Of a stretch of DNA of 64,000 nucleotides, positions 27,135 to 36,766 are shown in pieces (within the stretch, counting starts at the first letter, position 1; each line of letters opens with the position of its first letter). Under the pieces are notes generated by a model. It saw only the letters and a list, made by a program, of their open reading frames with translations. It did no database searches and was not told where the DNA came from. The position numbers were made by a program, and so were the translations under genes. The stretch is from an uncultured virus (IMG/VR IMGVR_UViG_2690315711_000004) (taxonomy: Duplodnaviria; Heunggongvirae; Uroviricota; Caudoviricetes): IMG/VR virus record IMGVR_UViG_2690315711_000004, one strand, 5' to 3'.

Positions 27135-28312
27135 ATCAACGTGAAAAACAATTTACAGATAACTTGATTGAGGCTGTGAATAATGCGTTAGCGAAGCGTG
27201 ATGCGCGTATTGATAGCTTAATGGAACAGCTGTCACTTTATCAGCAACTGCTCCAGAAACAAGAGAATGATATTGCTGCCTTACTCTTGTTGTTAGAAGA
27301 GCAAGCCAGTGCCTCACTGAATCGCCTTGAACAGTGGTTTGATGCTGAAAAAAATAGCTTTGAACAATCCTTACATGCTTTTCTTATTCAGCAAGTCAAG
27401 GCTATTCCTATACCTAAAGATGGTAGAGATGGTCACAGTGTGACATTAGAAGATATTAAACCGCTGATTGATTCGGCGGTTAATTTGGCTATTTCCGCGC
27501 TTCCCAAACCCTTAGATGGTAAAGATGGAAAAGATGGTCATAGTGTGACATTGGAAGAGGTAAAACCGCTGGTTGATTCGGCGATTAATTTGGCTATCTC
27601 CGCGCTTCCCAAACCCTTAGATGGTAAAGACGGAAGAGATGGTCATAGTGTGACATTGGAAGAGGTAAAACCGTTGGTCGATTCGGCGGTTAATTTGGCT
27701 ATTTCCGCACTCCCCAAACCCTTAGACGGTAAGGATGGCAGAGACGGTAAAGACGGCTCGAGTGTCACCGTAGAAGAGGTTAAAGCATTTGTCATGTCTG
27801 AAGTGAGTGCTGCGGTAAAAGCACTTCCTGTGCCGAAAGACGGGAAAGACGGTCGAGATGGCAAGGATGGTCGAGATGGTAAAGATGCCTTTAATATTGA
27901 CATCCTTCCCGATATTGATGAAACCAAAAGTTATGCGCGTGGCACTCTAGCGACACATCATGGGGGATTATGGCGCGCCTACGAGCAAACAAAAGGGATG
28001 CATGGTTGGGAGTGCATTGTCAGAGGGTGCAGTAGCCTAGCTTGGTCACTTCAAGATGAAAGGACCTTATTAGTTAATTCAATACTAAGCAATGGGGAGA
28101 TGGTACAAACCAAATATGTTTTCCCAACAATGATATATCAAGGTGTTTTTGCCATAAACAGAGCGTTGCCTTATCAAAAAGGGGATGTAGTCACTTGGGG
28201 AGGCTCATTGTGGCACTGTAATGAACCCACCAAGGACAAGCCAGGGGAATTACATTCCAAAGGCTGGACGTTGATAGTGAAACGTGGACGAGACGGGAGA
28301 GACACGAAATGA
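27122..28312 (+). CDS. Head-associated protein with GKDGRDG collagen-like and 35-aa tandem repeats
   Basis: Coiled-coil N-terminus, repeats, C-terminal YQKGDVVTWGGSLWHC domain. Confidence 0.75.
   Translation: MYQVNQREKQFTDNLIEAVNNALAKRDARIDSLMEQLSLYQQLLQKQENDIAALLLLLEEQASASLNRLEQWFDAEKNSFEQSLHAFLIQQVKAIPIPKDGRDGHSVTLEDIKPLIDSAVNLAISALPKPLDGKDGKDGHSVTLEEVKPLVDSAINLAISALPKPLDGKDGRDGHSVTLEEVKPLVDSAVNLAISALPKPLDGKDGRDGKDGSSVTVEEVKAFVMSEVSAAVKALPVPKDGKDGRDGKDGRDGKDAFNIDILPDIDETKSYARGTLATHHGGLWRAYEQTKGMHGWECIVRGCSSLAWSLQDERTLLVNSILSNGEMVQTKYVFPTMIYQGVFAINRALPYQKGDVVTWGGSLWHCNEPTKDKPGELHSKGWTLIVKRGRDGRDTK
27428..27742 (+). repeat. Three tandem 105-bp in-frame repeats
   Basis: GATGGTCA(C/T)AGTGTGACATT recurs at 27428, 27533 and 27638. 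Confidence 0.92.
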
Positions 28313-28635
28313 TGAACATCGTTACATTGCAGGAGGTGAAATCTCACTTACGTATTGATCATGATTTTGATGATGCGGATTTGCAATTAAAAATTAACGC
28401 GGCGACAGCAGCTGTCCTTGATCATGTGAAAAGTTGGGTAGAACGATTTCAAGGAGACGAAACGAAACTTAAGCAATCCCCCGATTTTTATCGAGTAAAG
28501 GATGCCATTTTAATCTTAATTGGTATAAGAGATAGGGATAGAGAAGGTGTCGATATTGCGCTTTATCCCCAAGGAATGCTGCCTTATCCCGTCACCTGTT
28601 TGTTGGGGTCCATGCACAAACCGACTATTTTGTGA
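28309..28635 (+). CDS. Head-tail connector (HK97 gp6-like)
   Basis: VTLQEVKSHLRID..DDADL. Confidence 0.88.
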   Translation: MMNIVTLQEVKSHLRIDHDFDDADLQLKINAATAAVLDHVKSWVERFQGDETKLKQSPDFYRVKDAILILIGIRDRDREGVDIALYPQGMLPYPVTCLLGSMHKPTIL

Positions 28636-28642
28636 GGTGACA

Positions 28643-28987
28643 ATGATAGGAACTGCTGCAGGACGATTTCGTCATATCATCACCCTTCAACAACCTGAGC
28701 CCAAGCCTAATCGGATAAGTGGGGATGAAGTCATTTGGCGTGACGTGTTAAAAGATATTCATGCAAGTGTTGAACCTCTACGTGGACGTGAATATTTTCA
28801 GGCGCAACAGGTGCAAAGTGAAACTACTTTCAGAATACGTATGCGCTGGTTCCCTCAGGTAAAATCCACTATGCGCGTCTGTTTTGGCTCACGTATATTC
28901 AATATTGTTGCCATTATTGATCCTGAAGAGCGTCATCGTGAGCTTCAATTGATGTGCAAAGAGGGCGTGAATGATGGGGGAGATTAA
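28643..28987 (+). CDS. Head closure protein
   Basis: AGRFRHIITLQ, A.VEPL.GRE, RIFNI. Confidence 0.85.
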   Translation: MIGTAAGRFRHIITLQQPEPKPNRISGDEVIWRDVLKDIHASVEPLRGREYFQAQQVQSETTFRIRMRWFPQVKSTMRVCFGSRIFNIVAIIDPEERHRELQLMCKEGVNDGGD

Positions 28988-29444
28988 AATCAGTGGGTTA
29001 GCTGAACTCTCGCAATACTTAAAAGCGTTGGAGAAAAATGTGGGTAAACGTATTGCCCGAAAAGCGATGAATGCGGGAGCGATGGAATTAAAGCAGGAAA
29101 TCAAACATCGAGTGCCTATTCTTAAGGAAACGGTGCCTCATCGACGCAAAGGCACTATCAAGCGCAATATTCATTCTAAAACGAAAGTACAACGCAATGG
29201 GCAAGTCAAAACGCGCATTTGGGTGAAATCATTATCGGGTAAAAAGGTGTCTGCCTTTAAACAGGCAACGGGGAAAAGTGCAGCATTGAACCCGAATGAT
29301 CCATTTTATTGGTGGTTCGTCGAGTTTGGTACCGCCAAGATGTCCGCACAACCGTTTATGCGTTCCAGCTTTGAAGCGAAAAAGGAAGCGACGGCTAAAG
29401 TGATTGTTCAAACACTCAAAGAGGATATTGAAAAAGCAAGGTAG
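28971..29444 (+). CDS. HK97 gp10-like tail completion protein
   Basis: ISGLAEL, FYWWFVEFGT.KM.AQPFMR. Confidence 0.88.
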   Translation: MMGEIKISGLAELSQYLKALEKNVGKRIARKAMNAGAMELKQEIKHRVPILKETVPHRRKGTIKRNIHSKTKVQRNGQVKTRIWVKSLSGKKVSAFKQATGKSAALNPNDPFYWWFVEFGTAKMSAQPFMRSSFEAKKEATAKVIVQTLKEDIEKAR

Positions 29445-29449
29445 AGACC

Positions 29450-29791
29450 ATGATACAGCAATTAAAAGAGACCCTTTCACTGCTTGTCGATGGAAGGGTT
29501 TTTTTTCAGGTATTACCTGAAGGCAAAGGGCAGTATCCCGCCATAGTGATCCAGTTTGCCAGCATCACGCCTAACAGTGCGCTGGAGGATACGGATTTAG
29601 ATAACTATCGCGTGCAACTCGATGTGTATGCGCCCCAGCCACAACCCCTGATGGTATTGCGTAAAAAAATCGAGGCTCAGATTGTTGCGACAATCCCATT
29701 TGCACAACGGGTGAATGCGGTCTTTGGGTATGAAGCGGATGTCAAATTGCATCGGCTTGTTCTTGAATTAATGATTTCATCAGATAAATAA
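29450..29791 (+). CDS. Tail terminator (DUF3168-like)
   Basis: RVQLDVYA motif; position. Confidence 0.75.
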   Translation: MIQQLKETLSLLVDGRVFFQVLPEGKGQYPAIVIQFASITPNSALEDTDLDNYRVQLDVYAPQPQPLMVLRKKIEAQIVATIPFAQRVNAVFGYEADVKLHRLVLELMISSDK

Positions 29792-29794
29792 GGA

Positions 29795-30466
29795 ATGGAT
29801 ATGGCAAAGTCAAAAAACCATAAAGCGACGCCTTTCCTCGGCACGAAGATCTTTGTGCAAACAGGCTTAGGGGAGGCGATGACCGTGACGGAAGCGACGT
29901 TATCACCCGCAACCATTACCATCACCAATAATAAACTGAAAGCGGATGACATGATTATGTTATCGGGTTTAGGGGAGTTAGATGGGCGTTTTCCCATTGC
30001 ACAGGTTGATGGCAATAAAGTGACCTTGTGCGACGAAGTGGATTGGAGTGATAAAACACTACCTACGGATTTTTTAAACGCCAAAGCACAACGTATTCAA
30101 TGGTCTAATAATTTCTGTGCGGTAAAAAGTTTCAGCAAAGACGGTTCGACAACCGAACAAATTGATGTCACCACTATTTGCAGTGATGGCAAGGAATATG
30201 AATCGGGCGATACGGAATACGGTTCAATTAAATTGACCTTTTTCTTACGGTATAGCTCCAGTGAGGTGCAGCGACTCTTGCGTAAATATGAAAACAGCAA
30301 AGAAAAATTTGCGGTGAAAATGGTCTTAACGCGAGATGAAGGCTCCATGTTTTATTACGGCTCTGTCGAGACAGGCATGAACATTGATGGCAGTGTGGGG
30401 CAAATGATGGATTCGGGGATCTCGATTAAATTGTCTGGCCGTGATTATTTGAATGCGAAGAAATAA
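29795..30466 (+). CDS. Major tail tube protein
   Basis: IDVTTICSDGKEYESG motif; precedes the chaperone genes. Confidence 0.82.
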   Translation: MDMAKSKNHKATPFLGTKIFVQTGLGEAMTVTEATLSPATITITNNKLKADDMIMLSGLGELDGRFPIAQVDGNKVTLCDEVDWSDKTLPTDFLNAKAQRIQWSNNFCAVKSFSKDGSTTEQIDVTTICSDGKEYESGDTEYGSIKLTFFLRYSSSEVQRLLRKYENSKEKFAVKMVLTRDEGSMFYYGSVETGMNIDGSVGQMMDSGISIKLSGRDYLNAKK

Positions 30467-30524
30467 CCCCTAATTCACCTCTTTCATTATTTCTCTTCTC
30501 CCTTCTCGATAAAAAATCTTAGGA

Positions 30525-30947
30525 GTGATTATGTCTAACGCTTTATTGCGAGAATTAGTGTTAAACCAAGCACTGAAAGTGACGCCTTTTACCTATTTAG
30601 ACAACACCTTTTATGTCAAAGAGTTGGATGTTGGCACCATGAATTACATTCAGCGCAAACTTCGCCAAATTAAAATCAAGCTCGCTGAGGCGCAGGACAT
30701 TTATTTAGACGAAGACGATCCCGAACAATTTAATGAGGCGATAAATCGTGTCTACGATGAATATGATGTCGCCAGAATGTTGGCTTTTAAGTTGTGTGAT
30801 GAAAAAGGGGAACTGCTTTTTGATGCAGAAAATGAAGAAGACTTAAAAGGTCTTAATCGTTTAGGACAAGGGTTCTCTAATGCGGTGTTTACAGCCGAAG
30901 CGGGGAATAGCGAAAAAAACTTGGAGAACGGCGACAATTTCAATTGA
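30525..30947 (+). CDS. Tail assembly chaperone G
   Basis: Between tube and tape measure genes; slippery A AAA AAC at 30914-30920. Confidence 0.85.
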   Translation: MIMSNALLRELVLNQALKVTPFTYLDNTFYVKELDVGTMNYIQRKLRQIKIKLAEAQDIYLDEDDPEQFNEAINRVYDEYDVARMLAFKLCDEKGELLFDAENEEDLKGLNRLGQGFSNAVFTAEAGNSEKNLENGDNFN

Positions 30948-31222
30948 TATTGTCGCTGGCATTGGGAAAAACCCTCGCGGAAATCGAGCAAATGCCCGAA
31001 AGCCACTTGTGTGAATATGAAGCTTTTTATCGCAAACAACCCTTTGGTTTATGGCGAGAGGATTATCGGATGGCACAAGTGGCGCATCTTCTTGCGATGA
31101 TAAATCGTGATCCGAAAACGTCTCCGCCTGAATTGATGGATTTTATGCCTATGTGGAAGAAGAAAATCACGGAAGAAGAGCTGTGGGATAACGTTACTGA
31201 GAGTGTATTAGCTAATCGATAG
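30917..31222 (+). CDS. Tail assembly chaperone T segment (-1 frameshift product GT)
   Basis: Open -1 frame from the slippery site; LALGKTLAEIEQM..PFG..REDYR. Confidence 0.8.
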   Translation, partial: KLGERRQFQLILSLALGKTLAEIEQMPESHLCEYEAFYRKQPFGLWREDYRMAQVAHLLAMINRDPKTSPPELMDFMPMWKKKITEEELWDNVTESVLANR

Positions 31223-31246
31223 CCCCACATCAGTGGGGCTTAATCG

Positions 31247-31438
31247 TTAACCACCGCGAGACATTTTCTCAATTTTTTTATCCGTATTGTATTGAGAAAG
31301 CGCATAAACCGACCAGATAGCCGCAGGGATCCAGCCAATTAATGTGATTTGTAGGATAAGGCAGAAGATGCCAGCAAATGGGCGACCAATCGTGAAAAAT
31401 TGTAACCAAGGTAGTAATAACGCCAGAATAAGTCTCAT
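31247..31438 (-). CDS. YqaE/Pmp3-family small membrane protein (moron)
   Basis: ILALLLPW..LQITLIGWIPAAIWSVY; opposite strand to the tail operon. Confidence 0.8.
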   Translation of the reverse strand: MRLILALLLPWLQFFTIGRPFAGIFCLILQITLIGWIPAAIWSVYALSQYNTDKKIEKMSRGG

Positions 31439-31565
31439 AAAACCCCCCTCTATTATTTGAAATTTCAGTTTATCAATAATTAAATCAATAGCAAATAACA
31501 AGGAATATTGCATTTATTCAGGGTGAAAGTTTGCTTTTGTAGTGTTCATACCAAGGATTGAATTT

Positions 31566-34500
31566 ATGGCGGGAGCATTAGGTAGATTAAATATTGATTT
31601 GACGCTGAATACGGCAAATTTCACAAATGCGATCAACCGTAGCCAGCGCCAAACAGAACAATTTGGGCAAAGTATTCGCGTCAGCCTTCAAGCTATCACC
31701 GTGCAACAAGAGCGAATGGTATCGCAAACCGCAAAATCTTCGGCGCTTTTTGCCCGTTTTGCGAGTGTCACCGCAAGTGCATTATCCATTCATCAAGTCA
31801 TTAATTATGCCGATAGTTGGACGGAATTACAGAACCGCTTAAAACTGGTGACAGAAAGCTCCGTTGAGTTAAATAAAGCCACACAAGCCGTCTATGATAT
31901 TGCCCAAAAAACCTATCAATCATTGGATGCCACAGCACAGGTTTATCAACGTTTTGCAGATAATGCCGATCGCTTAGGCTTAAGTCAGCAAAAAGTCGCT
32001 GAACTCACGGGAACCGTCTCAAAAGCCGTGGCGATTTCAGGAGCGAGTGCAACCGCAGCCCAAGCGGCGTTAACTCAATTTGGTCAAGCATTAGCCTCGG
32101 GGCAGTTACGTGGCGAAGAGCTGAATTCAGTGATGGAGCAAACCCCTGCATTAGCGAAAGCTATCGCTGACGGAATGGGTGTCAGTGTGGGCGAATTAAG
32201 GAAGAAAGCCCAAGACGGTGAAATGACGATTGAGAAAGTCATTCAAGCCTTAGAACGTGCAGCCGACAGTGTGGATAAAAAATTTGCTACCAGCGTGACA
32301 ACGGTTAGCCAAGGTTTCACCAATCTTCAATCGGCGATAACAAAATTTATCGGTGAAGCGAATCAAGGTACAGGTGCGACTCAGCTTTTTACCACAGGGA
32401 TGACCACTCTTGCCGATAATCTATCGTTAGTCGCTAAAGTGGTTGAAGGGATCGCCGTCACGGCATTGGTAGCAAAACTTTCTCAATGGACGAAAGCCAC
32501 TTATCTGAAAAATCAGACAACGTTGAATGAAGCCAAAGCCACATTACAGAGTGCAGAGGCAAACAGTGTGGCAGCAACCAGTGCCGTGAGGAAGGCATGG
32601 GCAGATAAAGAAGCCGCCACATCGGCGCTCAATAGAGCCAAAATGGAATATCAAGTTGCTAGAGGCACTAACGCGGAAAAAATCGCACTCGATAACCTTA
32701 TCGCCACAAAGTCACTCGCAAGAACAGCCTCTTTAAACTATACACAGGCATTAACCGCAGAAAACGTTGCTCAACGTGCATTAACGACCGCTCGGCGTCA
32801 ATCAACGGTGGCGGGGCGAGCGCTCAACAGTGTTATGGGATTAGCGGGTGGCCCTATTGGATTAGTGTTGACCGGTATGGCGGCATTGGGCATGGGACTG
32901 TATGAATACAGCGAAAATGTCAAACAAGCCAAACTCGAATCGATTGAATTTGCCAATTCTCTTGATACATCAACAGAAGCGTTAAACAAAATGAGCAATG
33001 CCACGTTAGTGGCGAATTTAAGCAAAGTTTCATCGGGCATTAACGCGCAATTGGAGAAAATCGAGGAACTTAAACAACAGGTTATTTCCTTACAAGGTCT
33101 ATCAAAATACAGCGTTGAGAGTGAAAAGGCGTTTACTGAACAAGGTGTGGGGGATTTATACCTTAAACGAGTAGCTGAAAAGCAAAAAGAGCTTGATGCT
33201 GCGATGGGGACATATGCAGAGCAAGTTAATAACTTAGAGCGTCAGCGAGCCAATATGCAAAATATGTTGGCGACACTCAAAGAAAAAGTGGGCGATCAAG
33301 CCCCTGAATATAGACGCTATGCCACCGAATTACAAAATGTTGATGCCGTTATCAATTCACTTAAGGCGAGTTTAAAGAGTTTAGGCATTGAATATGAATC
33401 ACTCATTGATATCACGCTTCAGGCGACAAATAGCCAAGTGAATGCCGCCACGGCGATTGCTAAACAGATTGATGAATCGATTGAAAAATCGCAACGTTCA
33501 GTGGCAAAAGCGCAAGCCACAGGGAAGGCATTAGCGAAATTAAATGCAGAAGATGTATTGGCTTCACGCAAAATTACGCCAGATATGCAAGGCTACGATA
33601 AAGCCTTACAAGCGGAAATTGAGGCACAACTGGCACAGCAAGCCAAACGGACGTATAAGCCCAGCCATAAATCAACCATTGATTATGCCAAACAGTACAC
33701 CAAAATCTTGACGGAATTAGAGGAAAAACAAGCCTCACTGATTGCGGATGGGCAAAGTATTCAGCGGTATGGCACTACCTCTTCCTTTAATGAATACACA
33801 TCCGCCTTAGCCGATATCAAACAGAATAAAGATAAGTTTGATGCCATCTTAAAAATCGATCCCAACGCCATTGAGACGATCAAAGAAAAAGCGAAAGCCA
33901 TTGATGACTTAGCGCGTGCCAATTCGGTCGCGCAATTTGCTTATGATCGCGGTAAAGAAATTGAGCAGATGCAATTTGAAACCACCCTGATAGGAAAATC
34001 ACGCGCAGAGCAAGAAAAGCTTAATGCCCTTCGTCAGATTGATGTGCTGTATCAGCAAGCCAGTGTGGATTTAGGTGAGAAAGAGCTGGCGAACTTACAA
34101 CGTAATGTTGAACTCACTAAACAGCAGATTGAGGAAGAACTGAGGAAGCGAGAGGCCATGAAAGGTGATCCGATGGTGGGATTAAAACAAGGCTTATCGG
34201 ATTTCAGTGAGTCAGCCATGGATGTGATGGAGAACGTCAGAAACGTCACTACCAATGCGCTTAATAATATGTCTGATGCGTTAGCCGATTTTGCTTTAAC
34301 GGGGAAAGGAAGCTTTAAAGATTTTGCCAATGCGGTGATCTCCGATATCACTCGAATGGTGATGAAAATGCTGGTTTTCAAAGCCATTGAAGCAGGCGGG
34401 CAGGCAATGGGCTTTGATATGGGATGGATGAGCAAAGGGCATGCTTATGGTGGCTATACGGGGCATGGCGGGAAATTCGAACCTAAAGGGATTGTACATG

Positions 34501-34841
34501 GTGGCGAGTTTGTTTTTACCAAAGAAGCGACGGCTAAATTGGGGGTCGGCAATCTCTATCGCTTAATGCATGCGGCGCAAGATTATGCTTCGGGGGGCTT
34601 TGTGGGGGCGGTCGCAGGGCGAATACCGATTACACCGCAACCGACGTTAGCCCGTGCAGGCGGGGTGCAAATGACGGTCGTTAATCATATTACGGTGACA
34701 GGAAATGGTGACGCTGTACTTGCTCAAGCAATGAAAGAAGCCGCACAACAAGGGACAGAAGCAGGCGCACAGAAAGCTCACGCGATGATGTTACAAGACT
34801 TTCAAAGTAATGGCGCAGCACGCAGAACATTAGGAGTTTAA
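31566..34841 (+). CDS. Tape measure protein
   Basis: Long Ala-rich helical ORF, LRGEELNSVMEQ, GGYTG.GGKFEP.GIVHGGEFV. Confidence 0.95.
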   Translation: MAGALGRLNIDLTLNTANFTNAINRSQRQTEQFGQSIRVSLQAITVQQERMVSQTAKSSALFARFASVTASALSIHQVINYADSWTELQNRLKLVTESSVELNKATQAVYDIAQKTYQSLDATAQVYQRFADNADRLGLSQQKVAELTGTVSKAVAISGASATAAQAALTQFGQALASGQLRGEELNSVMEQTPALAKAIADGMGVSVGELRKKAQDGEMTIEKVIQALERAADSVDKKFATSVTTVSQGFTNLQSAITKFIGEANQGTGATQLFTTGMTTLADNLSLVAKVVEGIAVTALVAKLSQWTKATYLKNQTTLNEAKATLQSAEANSVAATSAVRKAWADKEAATSALNRAKMEYQVARGTNAEKIALDNLIATKSLARTASLNYTQALTAENVAQRALTTARRQSTVAGRALNSVMGLAGGPIGLVLTGMAALGMGLYEYSENVKQAKLESIEFANSLDTSTEALNKMSNATLVANLSKVSSGINAQLEKIEELKQQVISLQGLSKYSVESEKAFTEQGVGDLYLKRVAEKQKELDAAMGTYAEQVNNLERQRANMQNMLATLKEKVGDQAPEYRRYATELQNVDAVINSLKASLKSLGIEYESLIDITLQATNSQVNAATAIAKQIDESIEKSQRSVAKAQATGKALAKLNAEDVLASRKITPDMQGYDKALQAEIEAQLAQQAKRTYKPSHKSTIDYAKQYTKILTELEEKQASLIADGQSIQRYGTTSSFNEYTSALADIKQNKDKFDAILKIDPNAIETIKEKAKAIDDLARANSVAQFAYDRGKEIEQMQFETTLIGKSRAEQEKLNALRQIDVLYQQASVDLGEKELANLQRNVELTKQQIEEELRKREAMKGDPMVGLKQGLSDFSESAMDVMENVRNVTTNALNNMSDALADFALTGKGSFKDFANAVISDITRMVMKMLVFKAIEAGGQAMGFDMGWMSKGHAYGGYTGHGGKFEPKGIVHGGEFVFTKEATAKLGVGNLYRLMHAAQDYASGGFVGAVAGRIPITPQPTLARAGGVQMTVVNHITVTGNGDAVLAQAMKEAAQQGTEAGAQKAHAMMLQDFQSNGAARRTLGV

Positions 34842-35438
34842 ATGTCTATTCTTGAATGGCCAAAAGCGGTGATCCCCATACAGGAAAACTGGCAATTATT
34901 GAGTAACAGCAAAACCTTTACCTCGCCATTTAATGGAAGTAGCCAGACGGTACGCTTTCCAGGAAGTCGTTGGCGTTGTGAGCTGACATTTAATAATTTA
35001 AATGAAGAGAAATCGCGCCAGTTAGAAGCGCTAGTGGCTTCATTGGATGGCATGTCGGGACGGGTCAAAATATCAAGCTGGATAAGAAAAGGGCGTTATG
35101 GGTATGGTTCGCCTCGTATTGCAATACCGAGTCAATTGGGTAATCGGCTAGAAACAAAGGACTGGAAGCGCAATATGCGCGTATTACAGCAAGGGGATCG
35201 CTTAACTGTGGGTAATGAACTCAAAATGGTGGTGGCGGATGTGGTCAGTGATAATCAAGGACATGCCATTATTCTTATTTCGCCGATGTTAAGAACATCA
35301 CCTACCGTCAATGAAATGCTCGAGGTTGAGCGTCCTTTTGGGGTTTTTCGGCTCGTTGATAATGAACAGGGTAAATTTCAGCATCGTCGCTTGGGGTATA
35401 CCTATATCACGTTATCTTTTGAGGAGGTGTTGTACTAA
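34842..35438 (+). CDS. Distal tail protein
   Basis: FTSPFNGSSQTVRFPGSRW; follows the tape measure gene. Confidence 0.75.
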   Translation: MSILEWPKAVIPIQENWQLLSNSKTFTSPFNGSSQTVRFPGSRWRCELTFNNLNEEKSRQLEALVASLDGMSGRVKISSWIRKGRYGYGSPRIAIPSQLGNRLETKDWKRNMRVLQQGDRLTVGNELKMVVADVVSDNQGHAIILISPMLRTSPTVNEMLEVERPFGVFRLVDNEQGKFQHRRLGYTYITLSFEEVLY

Positions 35439-36019
35439 TGCAATATCATCCATTTTCTGACGCCATGGTCAACGCGATTAATGAGGGGGCTTATATCGTC
35501 TTAGCCGCCAGACTCGATTTGAAATCAGGCGTCACCTGTGCGCATACCGGTGTTGGGCAACTGATTATTGCGGGGGAAACTTATTTGGGCGTGGGCAGTT
35601 TAGGCGAAATCAGTCAGCTAAAAGAAAATAAGACAACCAGTCCTCCACAATTACAGCTTAAATTAGCCGGTTTTGATAAATCGCTGATGGGAATGGTGAT
35701 GAATGAGCAAAGTCGAGGACGCGAAGTCCGGTTGATGATGGTCGCCATCAGTGAAGAGGGAAAACCGTTGCTTGCTGAAGTCTTATTTGTCGGACAAATC
35801 ACATCGATTAATGTGGTGTCTGGCGAAGAAAATGCCGTATGTGTTAATGTTTCTAATCGATTCGAGCGATGGTCAATCGGGTTACCCGATAGATTCACTG
35901 ATGAATCTTGGTCGTCAAGAAGGCAAGGGGATCGCATCTTTCGCTATGTCGCTCAAATGGCTGAACGGGCGATTTATTGGGGCAGCAAGAAAGATGCACC
36001 TGCATTTATTTATAAGTAA
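35438..36019 (+). CDS. Minor tail / tail tip protein
   Basis: HTGVG..GETYLGVGSLG motif; position. Confidence 0.72.
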   Translation: MQYHPFSDAMVNAINEGAYIVLAARLDLKSGVTCAHTGVGQLIIAGETYLGVGSLGEISQLKENKTTSPPQLQLKLAGFDKSLMGMVMNEQSRGREVRLMMVAISEEGKPLLAEVLFVGQITSINVVSGEENAVCVNVSNRFERWSIGLPDRFTDESWSSRRQGDRIFRYVAQMAERAIYWGSKKDAPAFIYK

Positions 36020-36030
36020 CAGGATTAGAA

Positions 36031-36336
36031 ATGAGAAAATTTCACTTAATTATCATTATGATTTGTTTTCATTTAGTTAGCATTCAAGCTGCTAATGCAG
36101 AGTCAATCTTAATTAGTACAGCTAAGTTAGTTTGTGAAGATAAAGAAACTCCAGAATTAGTGAAAAAGTGCAAGTTGATGGTATACAAAATTGGTGAGTC
36201 TTCATTTAATTTAGGCAAGGCAACAGCGGCTTGTGAGTTAGCCAAAAAAAATAATAAAGATTATGATGGTGATCAAAAACGGGCATGTGAAGAAATTTTC
36301 AATATGGCTAAGGATTTTTTAACCATAACATATTGA
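36031..36336 (+). CDS. Secreted small Cys-containing protein inserted in the tail operon
   Basis: Signal peptide ending ANA; four Cys in the mature part; AT-rich relative to neighbours. Confidence 0.65.
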   Translation: MRKFHLIIIMICFHLVSIQAANAESILISTAKLVCEDKETPELVKKCKLMVYKIGESSFNLGKATAACELAKKNNKDYDGDQKRACEEIFNMAKDFLTITY

Positions 36337-36367
36337 AATCATTTTTAAATAAGAAATATAACATACC

Positions 36368-36766
36368 ATGAAACAACAAAACTGGACACTCCAGTTACCA
36401 GAAACGATAAGGGCGGCGATGAGTCGCCCTTTTTCATGGGGTGAATTTGATTGTTGTATTTTTGCCTCTGAATGTATTTACGCACAATGTGGTTTCTCGC
36501 CAATAAAGCCTTATCTCAATCACTATAAAACCAAAGCCGAAGCCTTCAACCTGCTCAAATCTAAATTTGGCTCCTTAGAGAAAGCCGTATCACGCTATTT
36601 CAAATCCATTGAGATTGAGCGCGTTCAGCGTGGCGACCTTGTACTGTTCAAAGGTGAGGACGGTGACAGTTTAGCGGTGGTCTGGGCGAGGCATTATTGG
36701 GGCGTAACCCCACAAGGCGTGAAGCCGGTGCAGATTAACCCAATCAAAGCGTGGAGAGTGGAATAA
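36368..36766 (+). CDS. NlpC/P60-like tail tip assembly protein
   Basis: PFSWGEFDCC and RGDLV motifs. Confidence 0.75.
   Translation: MKQQNWTLQLPETIRAAMSRPFSWGEFDCCIFASECIYAQCGFSPIKPYLNHYKTKAEAFNLLKSKFGSLEKAVSRYFKSIEIERVQRGDLVLFKGEDGDSLAVVWARHYWGVTPQGVKPVQINPIKAWRVE

Noticed and set aside
27428..27880. Regularly spaced repeats as a possible CRISPR array
   Set aside because: They are contiguous in-frame 105-bp coding repeats without unique spacers, and no cas genes are present
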